Origin: Promethearchaeota archaeon
GTDB taxonomy: Archaea; Asgardarchaeota; Lokiarchaeia; Sigyniarchaeales; SOKP01
NCBI GenBank assembly: GCA_030606485.1
Contig: JAUWGH010000005.1
Span: 150,001-182,000 of the forward strand
Direction of reading: 5' to 3'
DNA length: 32,000 nucleotides
Part shown: piece after piece, positions 1-7,922 of the stretch
Position numbering within the stretch: position 1 is the stretch's first letter
How the letters are laid out: every line of letters starts with the position of its first letter
Program-made: the position numbers and the translations under genes
The notes under the pieces: generated by a model
What the model saw: the letters and a program-made list of their open reading frames with translations, nothing else
The model's database searches: none
Told to the model about the DNA's origin: nothing

Positions 1-857
1 TCAAAGCAACCGCAACTTGTATGCGGATTAGTCATCGAAGAATAGATCCAAATCTTATCGACTTCACCCAAAGACCTTTTTTTTAATGTTTCATTTACTC
101 CCGTATATTCTCCGGCAAAATCATCTAAACATTCGCCGGGTGGAATTTCAAAAATAGGTCCCTTTGGATCCACTTTCGCCGCAGCTCTTGCATCAAACCA
201 ACTGATTGAACCACACGAACTGGTTCTATCTGGCGTTATGCAACAACAATGGCTCGGGGCAAAACTCTGGCAGAGCACACAGCCGTAAAACATATCAACA
301 TCCTCATCGTGTAAGCCACGTGCTCGCTCGTCCCTTTGATCATAAATTATCATTGCTTCTTCATATGGTTTAGCTATTGCATCCATCGTTGTGTAAAATG
401 TCACTTGTGCTTGTTTTACAATTGGAAGTTCCGCTTTATATAAACGAATGATGATGGTCCCTAAAAACTTCAAGGAATTGAATCCATCCTGGTAAGCTTT
501 TTTAGATAATCGCAACCAGTTTGTATATCTTTGATTGAGATGCATAATCCCATTAACGAAATTACAGAATTCATGTATTCTTCTTTCGAGAACGGCTTCA
601 ATATCGACCTCTAATTCTGGACCGGCGGTTTCAACAAGAATTCCAATAGGATATGCTTTTCCTTCTTCCATATCTGAAAGGTCGGGTCCAACTATTTTTA
701 CATCTCCATCTTTTATCTCTTTTGGCTCTTTAACTCTAACGAGTTCAAATTTCTTTTCAATTTTTGGACCGCCCAGTTCAACATACATTTGCTTAGCTCT
801 AATTCTTTCTCCTTCATATACGGGTCCAACATCAACGGGTAAATCACTAAAACTCAT
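1..857 (-). CDS. cdhC: Acetyl-CoA decarbonylase/synthase (ACDS) beta subunit, acetyl-CoA synthase; 3' end runs off the window
   Basis: Not in the ORF track; translated by hand from ATG at 857: MSFSDLPVDVGPVYEGERIRAKQMYVELGGPK...FYGCVLCQSFAPSHCCCITPDRTSSCGSISWFDARAAAKVDPKGP...HTSCGCF. These are ACS beta motifs, including the A-cluster CxxC and the HTSCGCF Ni ligands. Confidence 0.95.
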   Translation of the reverse strand, partial: MSFSDLPVDVGPVYEGERIRAKQMYVELGGPKIEKKFELVRVKEPKEIKDGDVKIVGPDLSDMEEGKAYPIGILVETAGPELEVDIEAVLERRIHEFCNFVNGIMHLNQRYTNWLRLSKKAYQDGFNSLKFLGTIIIRLYKAELPIVKQAQVTFYTTMDAIAKPYEEAMIIYDQRDERARGLHDEDVDMFYGCVLCQSFAPSHCCCITPDRTSSCGSISWFDARAAAKVDPKGPIFEIPPGECLDDFAGEYTGVNETLKKRSLGEVDKIWIYSSMTNPHTSCGCF

Positions 858-911
858 CTTTCTTTACCTTTTTATTATTTTTTTTAATATAATGATTTTT
901 AATTAATTAAT

Positions 912-1442
912 TTACAATTTTACGGTTAATTTTTCTAAAAAATCTTTCCATTCTTCGTCGCTTAAATTAGCTAGGGAAAATCTCGCATTTGGATGGGAAA
1001 ATTTATCTAAGTCAATTGTTCTTAAATAAGTAGTGAAATTTTTCAGATTACTTAAGGTTTGACTCACATAAAAAACGATATGTCCTCCAAAAATAGCCAT
1101 GTCATATTGACCGTTACCATCAATTCCTTTCCAGTTTGGGTCTGAGAGTCTTTGCGTAATATTGATTAGAGACATCATTGTAACTTTGTCTTTCCCGAGT
1201 TTTTCAGATACGTATTTATATGAATGTCCAGTAGCAACGACCGGTACATCTAATTTTTTAACAATTTCGATGAAGTAATCCGCGAGTTTTTTACCATCGA
1301 GTTCCCAAGTTAATGATTCTGCACCAATTACGAAAAGCTTACGTTTTCCTTGAACTTTTAAGATATTTGCCATAGTCTCCGGTTCGAAGACTGTAACCCC
1401 CATATCGGGGTTTATATTTGGTTTTTGGTAGGGTTTAACCAT
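912..1442 (-). CDS. cdhB: ACDS/CODH epsilon subunit
   Basis: 176 aa, directly upstream of cdhC. Segments KLFVIGAE, PVVATGH, LSDPNWKGIDGNGQYDMAIFGG, LSNLKNF and DKFSHPNARFSLANL match the CdhB pattern. Confidence 0.88.
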   Translation of the reverse strand: MVKPYQKPNINPDMGVTVFEPETMANILKVQGKRKLFVIGAESLTWELDGKKLADYFIEIVKKLDVPVVATGHSYKYVSEKLGKDKVTMMSLINITQRLSDPNWKGIDGNGQYDMAIFGGHIVFYVSQTLSNLKNFTTYLRTIDLDKFSHPNARFSLANLSDEEWKDFLEKLTVKL

Positions 1443-1703
1443 TTTTATATTATCTCAGTAAATCATTAAAAATATATCAAATCGATTGTTTAAAATCAAT
1501 TGTCAATTATTTAAAAAAATTGTTTTTAATGCACATTATTGATATTGAAATTTTAATTTTCAGAAATAAAATAAATCACATGATTAATTTTTTTTTCTTA
1601 CAATATTGGAATTATTAGATAAAGTTAGTAAATCTAATCTCGATTAGCTTAATTGAATTTAAGTCATCAAATTTAATCAATTGAATTTAATTCAAATTTA
1701 ATT

Positions 1704-2330
1704 TTAAGTTGGTGTAATCCTTAAAACTAATGATTCATTTCTTGAAAAAATTTCAACCTCACACTCTTTCTGAGTTCGTAATAACTCATTGAAATAATTG
1801 CCCCAAAAATCGCTAAATCTTTTTTTATGGAAATCGTGATAAAATGACATTTGATATGTTCCTTTACTCCCAATTTCAATATCAATTTTATAAAAGTAAT
1901 TTGCTACTAACCATATGTTTTTAATTGATAATAAAAGCTCATTGAGAGTTAAATCATCAATGTTTTTCCCTTTATACCATTCTATGAGTTCAATCGCAAT
2001 ATTTTTTTTAAATGCCTTTTCATAATCTCCAGATATATAAGATAGAAAAGTTGTTTTTCCAACTAATACCATATTAAGTTCCTCTTTTAATCTATTCCAA
2101 GTTTCCTGAGACTCATTTTTTTCGGGATTATAATGCTTATCAAGTAATTCTAATGCTTGTTCTATAACTTTTGATTTATTTCCAAAAATCTTTTGGTTAT
2201 TTTTATCCTCTAATGCTGCATATTTTTCTAATAATTCATAACTTTCATTAGAAATTGTTGTATGAATTGATTTTCTTACACTTTTACCATTATTTTGTTC
2301 CGCATTTTGTTTTTCTGCATTCTTGCTCAA
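1704..2330 (-). CDS. Putative transcription regulator: N-terminal ribbon-helix-helix domain plus C-terminal alpha/beta (V4R-like?) domain
   Basis: RKSIHTTISNESYELLEKYA...GNKSKVIEQALELL fits the RHH strand-helix-helix pattern. TTG start is preceded by an AGGTGGGA SD-like sequence. The C-terminal assignment is from predicted secondary-structure pattern only. Confidence 0.6.
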   Translation of the reverse strand: MSKNAEKQNAEQNNGKSVRKSIHTTISNESYELLEKYAALEDKNNQKIFGNKSKVIEQALELLDKHYNPEKNESQETWNRLKEELNMVLVGKTTFLSYISGDYEKAFKKNIAIELIEWYKGKNIDDLTLNELLLSIKNIWLVANYFYKIDIEIGSKGTYQMSFYHDFHKKRFSDFWGNYFNELLRTQKECEVEIFSRNESLVLRITPT

Positions 2331-2456
2331 TTATCCCACCTAATTTTCTTAGAATATGTTCATTATTATATTAAAAAATGAACATAGATTTTAAAAATAT
2401 CATCATAAAGATATATACTTTTTTATATAAAAAATCAATTTTCATATATTTAAATC

Positions 2457-2531
2457 TAATGTCCAAACATTTATAAATAATGTCCACTACTAAATATATG
2501 AATGACCAAGAAATATATGGATATGGACATT
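2457..2531. promoter_or_regulatory. Divergent promoter with four phased AATG(T/A)CCA boxes flanking a TTTATAAA TATA-like element
   Basis: AATGTCCA at 2458-2465 and 2479-2486, AATGACCA at 2501-2508, inverted TGGACATT at 2524-2531. TTTATAAA lies at 2470-2477 between boxes 1 and 2. Confidence 0.55.
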
Positions 2532-2625
2532 TATTAATTAATTAATTAAATTTGAAAATAAATAAAATGCAAACTCTTCCAAACTCGCAGATATTAATCT
2601 AAAATTAGAAAAAGGAGTAAAAAAT

Positions 2626-3219
2626 ATGAGGGAATTGTTTATCTCTAATAAAAAGAAGGGAGTTATTCTTATCATACTAATTATTTTAATCATTACTGAA
2701 GTTTTATTTTTTATAAGTTCACTTAGTTATAATGAAAGCATTAACAATCCAATTATTGTTATATCTCCTGTATTAATTATTTATGTGATCCTTTTTCTTG
2801 TCATTTTTTCACTGGCTTCCAATTCTCAAGAATCTAAAAAGAAAATCCAATTTCATAGATCACAATTTGATTATTCAAAAAGTACTAATCATTCAAACCC
2901 TTACGAGAAAAATTTAAATGAAAGTCAGATTCAAATAGTGGATAAAAACTTAGACAAATCTTCTTATTATTGTCCCAATTGTGGTCAGATATTAAATTCT
3001 GTTAATATTAATTATTGCGTAAATTGTGGTTATCAATTAAATCACAATGATCTAAGTAAGCCAGAAGATAAATTTATTTCTACTAAACAAAGAGAAATAC
3101 TTTCTCAAGAATCCAAAAAAAATATGGTTTCAAAAAATATTTCGAAATTTTGCCCATTTTGTGGGTGTAAATTAAAAAACAATAACATATGCCTTTTTTG
3201 TGGGAGTTTGTGGCATTAA
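2626..3219 (+). CDS. Membrane protein with two N-terminal TM helices and two C-terminal zinc ribbons
   Basis: Two hydrophobic stretches (about aa 12-33 and 42-63), then CPNCG...CVNCG and CPFCG...CLFCG. Confidence 0.75.
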   Translation: MRELFISNKKKGVILIILIILIITEVLFFISSLSYNESINNPIIVISPVLIIYVILFLVIFSLASNSQESKKKIQFHRSQFDYSKSTNHSNPYEKNLNESQIQIVDKNLDKSSYYCPNCGQILNSVNINYCVNCGYQLNHNDLSKPEDKFISTKQREILSQESKKNMVSKNISKFCPFCGCKLKNNNICLFCGSLWH

Positions 3220-3261
3220 TAAAAATTTTAGAAATTATTATGATATTTAAAAAAAAATTAT

Positions 3262-3373
3262 TGGGTAAATCAGGGCGAACAGTAAAAAATATTAAAGAAT
3301 TACAGGGTTGTAATTCAAATTATAAGAAAACCATTAATTATCGCCTGATGTAGGTAAAACACCTACTGACCCA
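3262..3373 (+). ncRNA. Candidate structured RNA or leader element with nested stems and a K-turn-like motif
   Basis: Nested complementary segments: TGGGT 3262-3266 / ACCCA 3369-3373; ATCAGGGCGA 3269-3278 / TCGCCTGAT 3341-3349 (one bulged G); GAATTACA-GGGT-TGTAATTC 3297-3316; GTAGGT-AAAAC-ACCTAC 3350-3366, flanked by TGATG and CTGA. Confidence 0.4.
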
Positions 3374-3412
3374 TCTAAATATAAAAATTAAAAAAAAAAG
3401 GAGGGAAAAAAT

Positions 3413-4312
3413 ATGGGTCGAATTTTTCGGCATTTTAAATTAAAAGGACTTTTTGCTATTTTTATATTGGTTTTAGGAATTTCAATTGTTACAATTTTAG
3501 TATGTTCCTTTGAGCAAATAGATTTTAATGAATATGGATTAAAGCAAAATATTTGGACGAGAGAAATTAGTGAGGAAATTTATGAAGAAGGATTATATGA
3601 TGTTGATCCATTCCATACTTTTTTACGTTTTCCGAGTACTTGGCAAACCATTGAATTTACTCCCGATTCTTCTTCTGATGATATACCATTAACTACTCAA
3701 ACTAAAGATGGCCTTGAAGTAACTGTTGATGTGAGTTTTCAATTCCGACTAAGAAAACAAGATTTGCTTGTTTTATATTCTTCATATGGTATGGATTATA
3801 GAGATTTTTTTATAAGGGTTTCTCGTTCTGCACTAAGGGAGGTTTGTGGTGAATTTTCGGCAATAGAATTTTATGCCACTCGTTCAAAAGTAAATTTAGC
3901 AATGAAGTCCGCTCTTAATGATTCTCTAGCATCTTTAATGGATGTAGGAGAATTTCAACTGAGAGATATTGATTTACCAGATTCATTTGAAGCAGCAACT
4001 GAAGAACTGGAAGTTGCAAGAATACAAATTCAAATTGAACAATACGCACAAGAAGCTGCAATTATTGAAGCACAAACCTTAATTTTTCAGGCTCAAGCAG
4101 ATGCGAATATAACTATTATTGATGCTCAAGCTGCAGCAGATGCATTAGATATAACTCTTACGGCAGAAGGAATATTATTATCTGAACTTGCAACTGCAGT
4201 TGGATTAAACAGCACAGAATTGCTTACTTATCTTTGGATTCAAGCAATATTGGAACATGATTCTTCATATCTTATAATTGGAGAAAATACACCAATTTTA
4301 TGGGAACTTTAA
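3413..4312 (+). CDS. SPFH/band 7/prohibitin-domain membrane protein
   Basis: N-terminal TM helix, TKDGLEVTVDVSFQFRL SPFH motif, Ala/Glu/Gln-rich coiled coil (AQEAAIIEAQ...AQADA). AGGAGG SD at about 3399-3404. Confidence 0.92.
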   Translation: MGRIFRHFKLKGLFAIFILVLGISIVTILVCSFEQIDFNEYGLKQNIWTREISEEIYEEGLYDVDPFHTFLRFPSTWQTIEFTPDSSSDDIPLTTQTKDGLEVTVDVSFQFRLRKQDLLVLYSSYGMDYRDFFIRVSRSALREVCGEFSAIEFYATRSKVNLAMKSALNDSLASLMDVGEFQLRDIDLPDSFEAATEELEVARIQIQIEQYAQEAAIIEAQTLIFQAQADANITIIDAQAAADALDITLTAEGILLSELATAVGLNSTELLTYLWIQAILEHDSSYLIIGENTPILWEL

Positions 4313-4417
4313 AATTTAAATTAATCTTTTTTTTTTCATTTTCTTAGTTCATATAGCTTTTAATTAAGAGAACTGATCTTTATATACCTACTTTAATCTT
4401 TTATATAATAGGGTTAA

Positions 4418-4578
4418 ATGAGAAAAAGAGTAATAAATCCAATTTCAATAAGGATTGGGAGGTCTAAAGAGAGAAAATAGACAAAATATATTCTGAGGAT
4501 ATGCCTCATTATGAAATTTGTTGCTGTGTGGTTATTATATTAGTAATAATCGTTTTAATATTGGTTTTCTTTGGATAA
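4418..4578 (+). pseudogene. Possible small tail-anchored membrane protein, frameshifted, or a 25-aa micro-ORF at 4501-4578
   Basis: ATG 4418 gives MRKRVINPISIRIGRSKERK*; ATG 4501 gives MPHYEICCCVVIILVIIVLILVFFG*. Removing one GA from GAGAGA (4469-4474) fuses them into 52 aa. TTTATATA boxes at 4379-4386 and about 4400-4407. Confidence 0.3.
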
Positions 4579-4705
4579 TATCAAAAATTAGCCAAATCCA
4601 AGCACAGCAAATAATACAAATTTTTAAATACTTTCTTTTAGTAATTAAATCGATTATAAAAATAAAAAGAAGTGATTAGCCATTTGTGAATTTAAAGTAT
4701 TAAAA

Positions 4706-4996
4706 ATGGAAGGGAATGATTTAAAACAAGTTGCGGAGGAGATTTTGGTTTTCAAATATGATGAAGATACCGGAACTTCTGCATTTTATGGAATTCTTGG
4801 GGAGAAAGTTGAATTAAATAATGCATTAGTTTTGGAGGTTAATATGATACCAAAAAGGCATGATATCGTTGTAATTCAATCTCCTTTGGTTTCTGATTTT
4901 GTATCACTCGTAAAAAAAATAAATAAAAATTCTGTTACACAAAAAGAAATCGAAGATTTCCAAAATAAATTAGAAAATATTAAGAAGAATCTGTGA
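4706..4996 (+). CDS. Hypothetical protein, 96 aa
   Basis: Intact ORF with protein-like composition; no family recognised. Confidence 0.6.
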   Translation: MEGNDLKQVAEEILVFKYDEDTGTSAFYGILGEKVELNNALVLEVNMIPKRHDIVVIQSPLVSDFVSLVKKINKNSVTQKEIEDFQNKLENIKKNL

Positions 4997-5111
4997 AAAG
5001 TGCATTATTTTATTTTTGTTCTAATTAAATAAAATTCCATTTTCCCAATTTAAAAAATCAAAAATCAATAATGATATCCCATTTAAATATTGTATTAATT
5101 TTTATTTATTT

Positions 5112-6065
5112 GTGGAGTTCTACGGAGTTAATATCACAAATTTAATTGAAAAATATAAAGGAAAATCAATAACAGAGATCTTCCCAAATAACAAAATTAA
5201 AAATAATTCAATGGGTTCTTTTTTAAATATTTACTGGAAACAGAACTTACCATTTAATTCAAAAACCTCTTCTACTAGAAAACGATTGCTTAGAAATTTA
5301 AAAACAGTTCATCAAATTGGGGAAAAGACAGAATTTTATCTAAAAAAACGTGGTGTTAATAGTCTATTTGATTTAATTGGACACTGTGGATATCAAAAAA
5401 ACGCAATGAAACTTATTAATATGATTAAGGAAAAAAATTTTCAACTCCTCGAAAAAAACTATTATATCAAAGATATTGACTTATTATTTTGCTTTAAATT
5501 GGAAGATTTACTATTTCTAGATATAGAAAGCACTGGATTATACGGCTCGAGTGTTTTTCTCATAGGTTTAGGGTATTTTAAAAATGGAGTATTTAAAATC
5601 AAACAATATTTTGCAAGAACATTAGATGATGAAATAGCAATATTTGAGAGATTAAAGCATTTTTTTAAAAAATTTAAATGTTTTGTGTCATATAACGGTA
5701 AATCGTTTGATATTCCTGTCTTAGCTGACAGATTTTTATATTTTTTTGACGAAAATCCAATGATATCTGAAGATGATGACCCTTATGAACAAAATAACAC
5801 ATTATATCACCATGTCGATTTATACCATAATAGTAGGCGATTGTGGAAAGGGAAATATATTAATTATAAATTATCAACAATCGAGCAAGAAGTTTTAGAA
5901 TTAAAAAGGGATGATGATGTTCCGGGGGCTTATATGGGGCATTTCTATGAAATGTATTCTCAAAATCCGGAAAAATATAGTGGATTAATTCAAGCTTGTA
6001 TTGAGCATAATTATAATGATGTGAAAAATTTGCCTTTAATATTAGATCAAATGCTTAAATCTTAA
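5112..6065 (+). CDS. YprB/MrfB-like RNase H-fold (DEDD) exonuclease with an N-terminal helix-hairpin-helix
   Basis: LFLDIESTGL, SYNGKSFDIPVL, HVDLYH, KLSTIEQEVL...RDDDVPG and HNYNDV motifs. HhH-like VHQIGEKTEFYLKKRGVNSLFDL. Confidence 0.88.
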   Translation: MEFYGVNITNLIEKYKGKSITEIFPNNKIKNNSMGSFLNIYWKQNLPFNSKTSSTRKRLLRNLKTVHQIGEKTEFYLKKRGVNSLFDLIGHCGYQKNAMKLINMIKEKNFQLLEKNYYIKDIDLLFCFKLEDLLFLDIESTGLYGSSVFLIGLGYFKNGVFKIKQYFARTLDDEIAIFERLKHFFKKFKCFVSYNGKSFDIPVLADRFLYFFDENPMISEDDDPYEQNNTLYHHVDLYHNSRRLWKGKYINYKLSTIEQEVLELKRDDDVPGAYMGHFYEMYSQNPEKYSGLIQACIEHNYNDVKNLPLILDQMLKS

Positions 6066-6212
6066 TAGTATTTAGACTTTTTTTTTATTATCAAATTAGA
6101 TTTCAATAATTATTAGTTAGAATATCTTCCCCTAATATAAAATGTAATGCTTAAATTTTTTTTAAAAAAAAGGAATTTGGAATTATGAGTATATCTTAAA
6201 ATTTTTGTTTTT

Positions 6213-6518
6213 TTATGTTCTACCCATTACTTTAACCACATCTTTAATTCCCAATAAAGTTTCTATTCTCATTGAAAACCCTTCAATTTCCCAGAATGGC
6301 TGAAATGTTTTTGTTATATGCATCAAGGTTTCATCTCCCTTATCCTTCTCCGTCATTATAAGATTATATCCCTTAAATCCACGCTCACTGTCGGGAACAG
6401 TAAAAATCTGCCATTTCTTTATAAAAGAAGGCTGTGGATCTTTACTTGCTTTGAGAAATAGTTCCATTATCTTTTTCGCCTTATTAGTTGGATACCATTG
6501 AGTTACCATAATAATCAT
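6213..6518 (-). CDS. Small hypothetical protein, probable ferredoxin-like/dimeric alpha-beta barrel fold
   Basis: Alternating strand/helix pattern (MIIMVTQWYP, KGYNLIMTE, FSMRIETLL). Confidence 0.65.
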   Translation of the reverse strand: MIIMVTQWYPTNKAKKIMELFLKASKDPQPSFIKKWQIFTVPDSERGFKGYNLIMTEKDKGDETLMHITKTFQPFWEIEGFSMRIETLLGIKDVVKVMGRT

Positions 6519-6687
6519 TCATATTTTACCTCTTTTTTAATTAATTTTAATAAAATTGAATTTCACGAACGAATTATTATTGGATTGAAAATATATTTAA
6601 ACTTTTACTTTTCTATACAAAATTAAAAATTTAATTATCAAAAAATAACATAAAATAAATTTTAAGAAACATTAGTCAGAATATATT

Positions 6688-7881
6688 ATGGAGATTCCAC
6701 ACAACAAGTATGATGTGACCCAAAAGGCATTAGTTGGAGTAAAATCAAAAATCGATGCCATGGAAGAATCTGCTTCAAATAAATACATTTTTCTTGGGTT
6801 TGATGGTTATATAGATTCTCTCTATTCTTTAGTTTCAAATCGAGAAGATGTTAGTAATTGGACTTTAATGAATTCAATGAAACAGATGGCTGAGAGAATT
6901 ATTGATTCAGCCGGAAGTTCAACTAATATTGAGCGGGTTTTGAAGCGAAAAGTTGCCGGAGGTTTTGCGCCAAATACAGGAAAGGCATTATGGCATTTAA
7001 GACTTCGAGTTTTCTTGGTAGCTGCGATGGGTCTGCCAAAGGCTAAGGAGATCTTTAAAATTTATCCAGAATTCGTGGAAGATATATCTATAAACGAACC
7101 TGGACGTACTGTAGGTTTAGAATTTAATGATGGTAAGGTTATGATCACAGATTTCCACAACATTTATGATATCTCTTGGGATAGAATTATAAAAAAAATA
7201 AAAATCCCCAAGTTAATCGATAGATTTAATATTTGTGATGGATATGGTTTTGGGCATTGGTCATTATTGCTTGAAATGAATAATATATGGAGGAAAATTA
7301 AGACTAAAATATTTCCATCCATCTCAAATCTAAAAGAAAAAATATTTTTTATTGATTTAGCTGATCTCAGGAAAAGGAGGGATAAAGATATAAAAAAAAT
7401 GCTTGATTTATTAATCGAACTCGAAGATCAAGTCCAAATATGTCTTAGTTTAAATGATAGAGAAGCAATTGATATTTCAAGGGTAATTGACGGAGTTGAT
7501 GAGATTGATCCTAATCGGCCAAATTTTGAAGGTTATATTGAAGCAGGTAAAAATATCAATGAAATATTGAATTTTTCTTATTTGATCATTCATGAACCGC
7601 ATTTTGCTACAATCACGAGGAAAAAAGATCATTACTGGGTATATCAAGCTTATACAAGCACACCAAGATTTAGTACTGGTGCGGGAGATCATTTTAATGG
7701 AGCAACCCTAGCTGGGTTGGTTCTAGATTTAGATCCAGCTGAAGCTATATTATTCGGGAATATTAACTCTGCAATATTCGTGAGAACAGGAGAATCCCCA
7801 AGATTTAAACATATGAAGGCATTTGTGAAAAATTATATGGATTATTTAAAAAATGAGAATCTAGAATTTAAAATGAAATAA
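6688..7881 (+). CDS. PfkB/ribokinase-family carbohydrate kinase, substrate unknown
   Basis: GFDGYID near the N-terminus, AGGFAPN (signature-1-like) and STGAGDHFNGA anion-hole motif. Confidence 0.85.
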   Translation: MEIPHNKYDVTQKALVGVKSKIDAMEESASNKYIFLGFDGYIDSLYSLVSNREDVSNWTLMNSMKQMAERIIDSAGSSTNIERVLKRKVAGGFAPNTGKALWHLRLRVFLVAAMGLPKAKEIFKIYPEFVEDISINEPGRTVGLEFNDGKVMITDFHNIYDISWDRIIKKIKIPKLIDRFNICDGYGFGHWSLLLEMNNIWRKIKTKIFPSISNLKEKIFFIDLADLRKRRDKDIKKMLDLLIELEDQVQICLSLNDREAIDISRVIDGVDEIDPNRPNFEGYIEAGKNINEILNFSYLIIHEPHFATITRKKDHYWVYQAYTSTPRFSTGAGDHFNGATLAGLVLDLDPAEAILFGNINSAIFVRTGESPRFKHMKAFVKNYMDYLKNENLEFKMK

Positions 7882-7922
7882 AATAAAATTAATGAAAATT
7901 TCAATTAATTAGTGATATAATT

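Noticed and set aside
535-906. Plus-strand 123-aa ORF
   Set aside because: It is antisense to cdhC, which has clear conserved motifs.
3344-3369. CUGAUG-stem as a hammerhead ribozyme
   Set aside because: The core needs CUGAnGA followed by stem II and GAAA; here it is CUGAUGU and there is no GAAA after the stem.
3346-3369. UGA...AAAA...UGA hairpin as a eukaryote-like Lokiarchaeal SECIS
   Set aside because: The helix is only about 6-7 bp, and the upstream gene has no in-frame TGA and ends in TAA.
3262-3373. Element as a TPP, ZTP, fluoride riboswitch or box C/D guide RNA
   Set aside because: Only fragments match (CCUGAU, GGCGAACAG). The UGAGA, pseudoknot and guide segments those families need are missing, and only 14 nt separate the C-like and D-like boxes.
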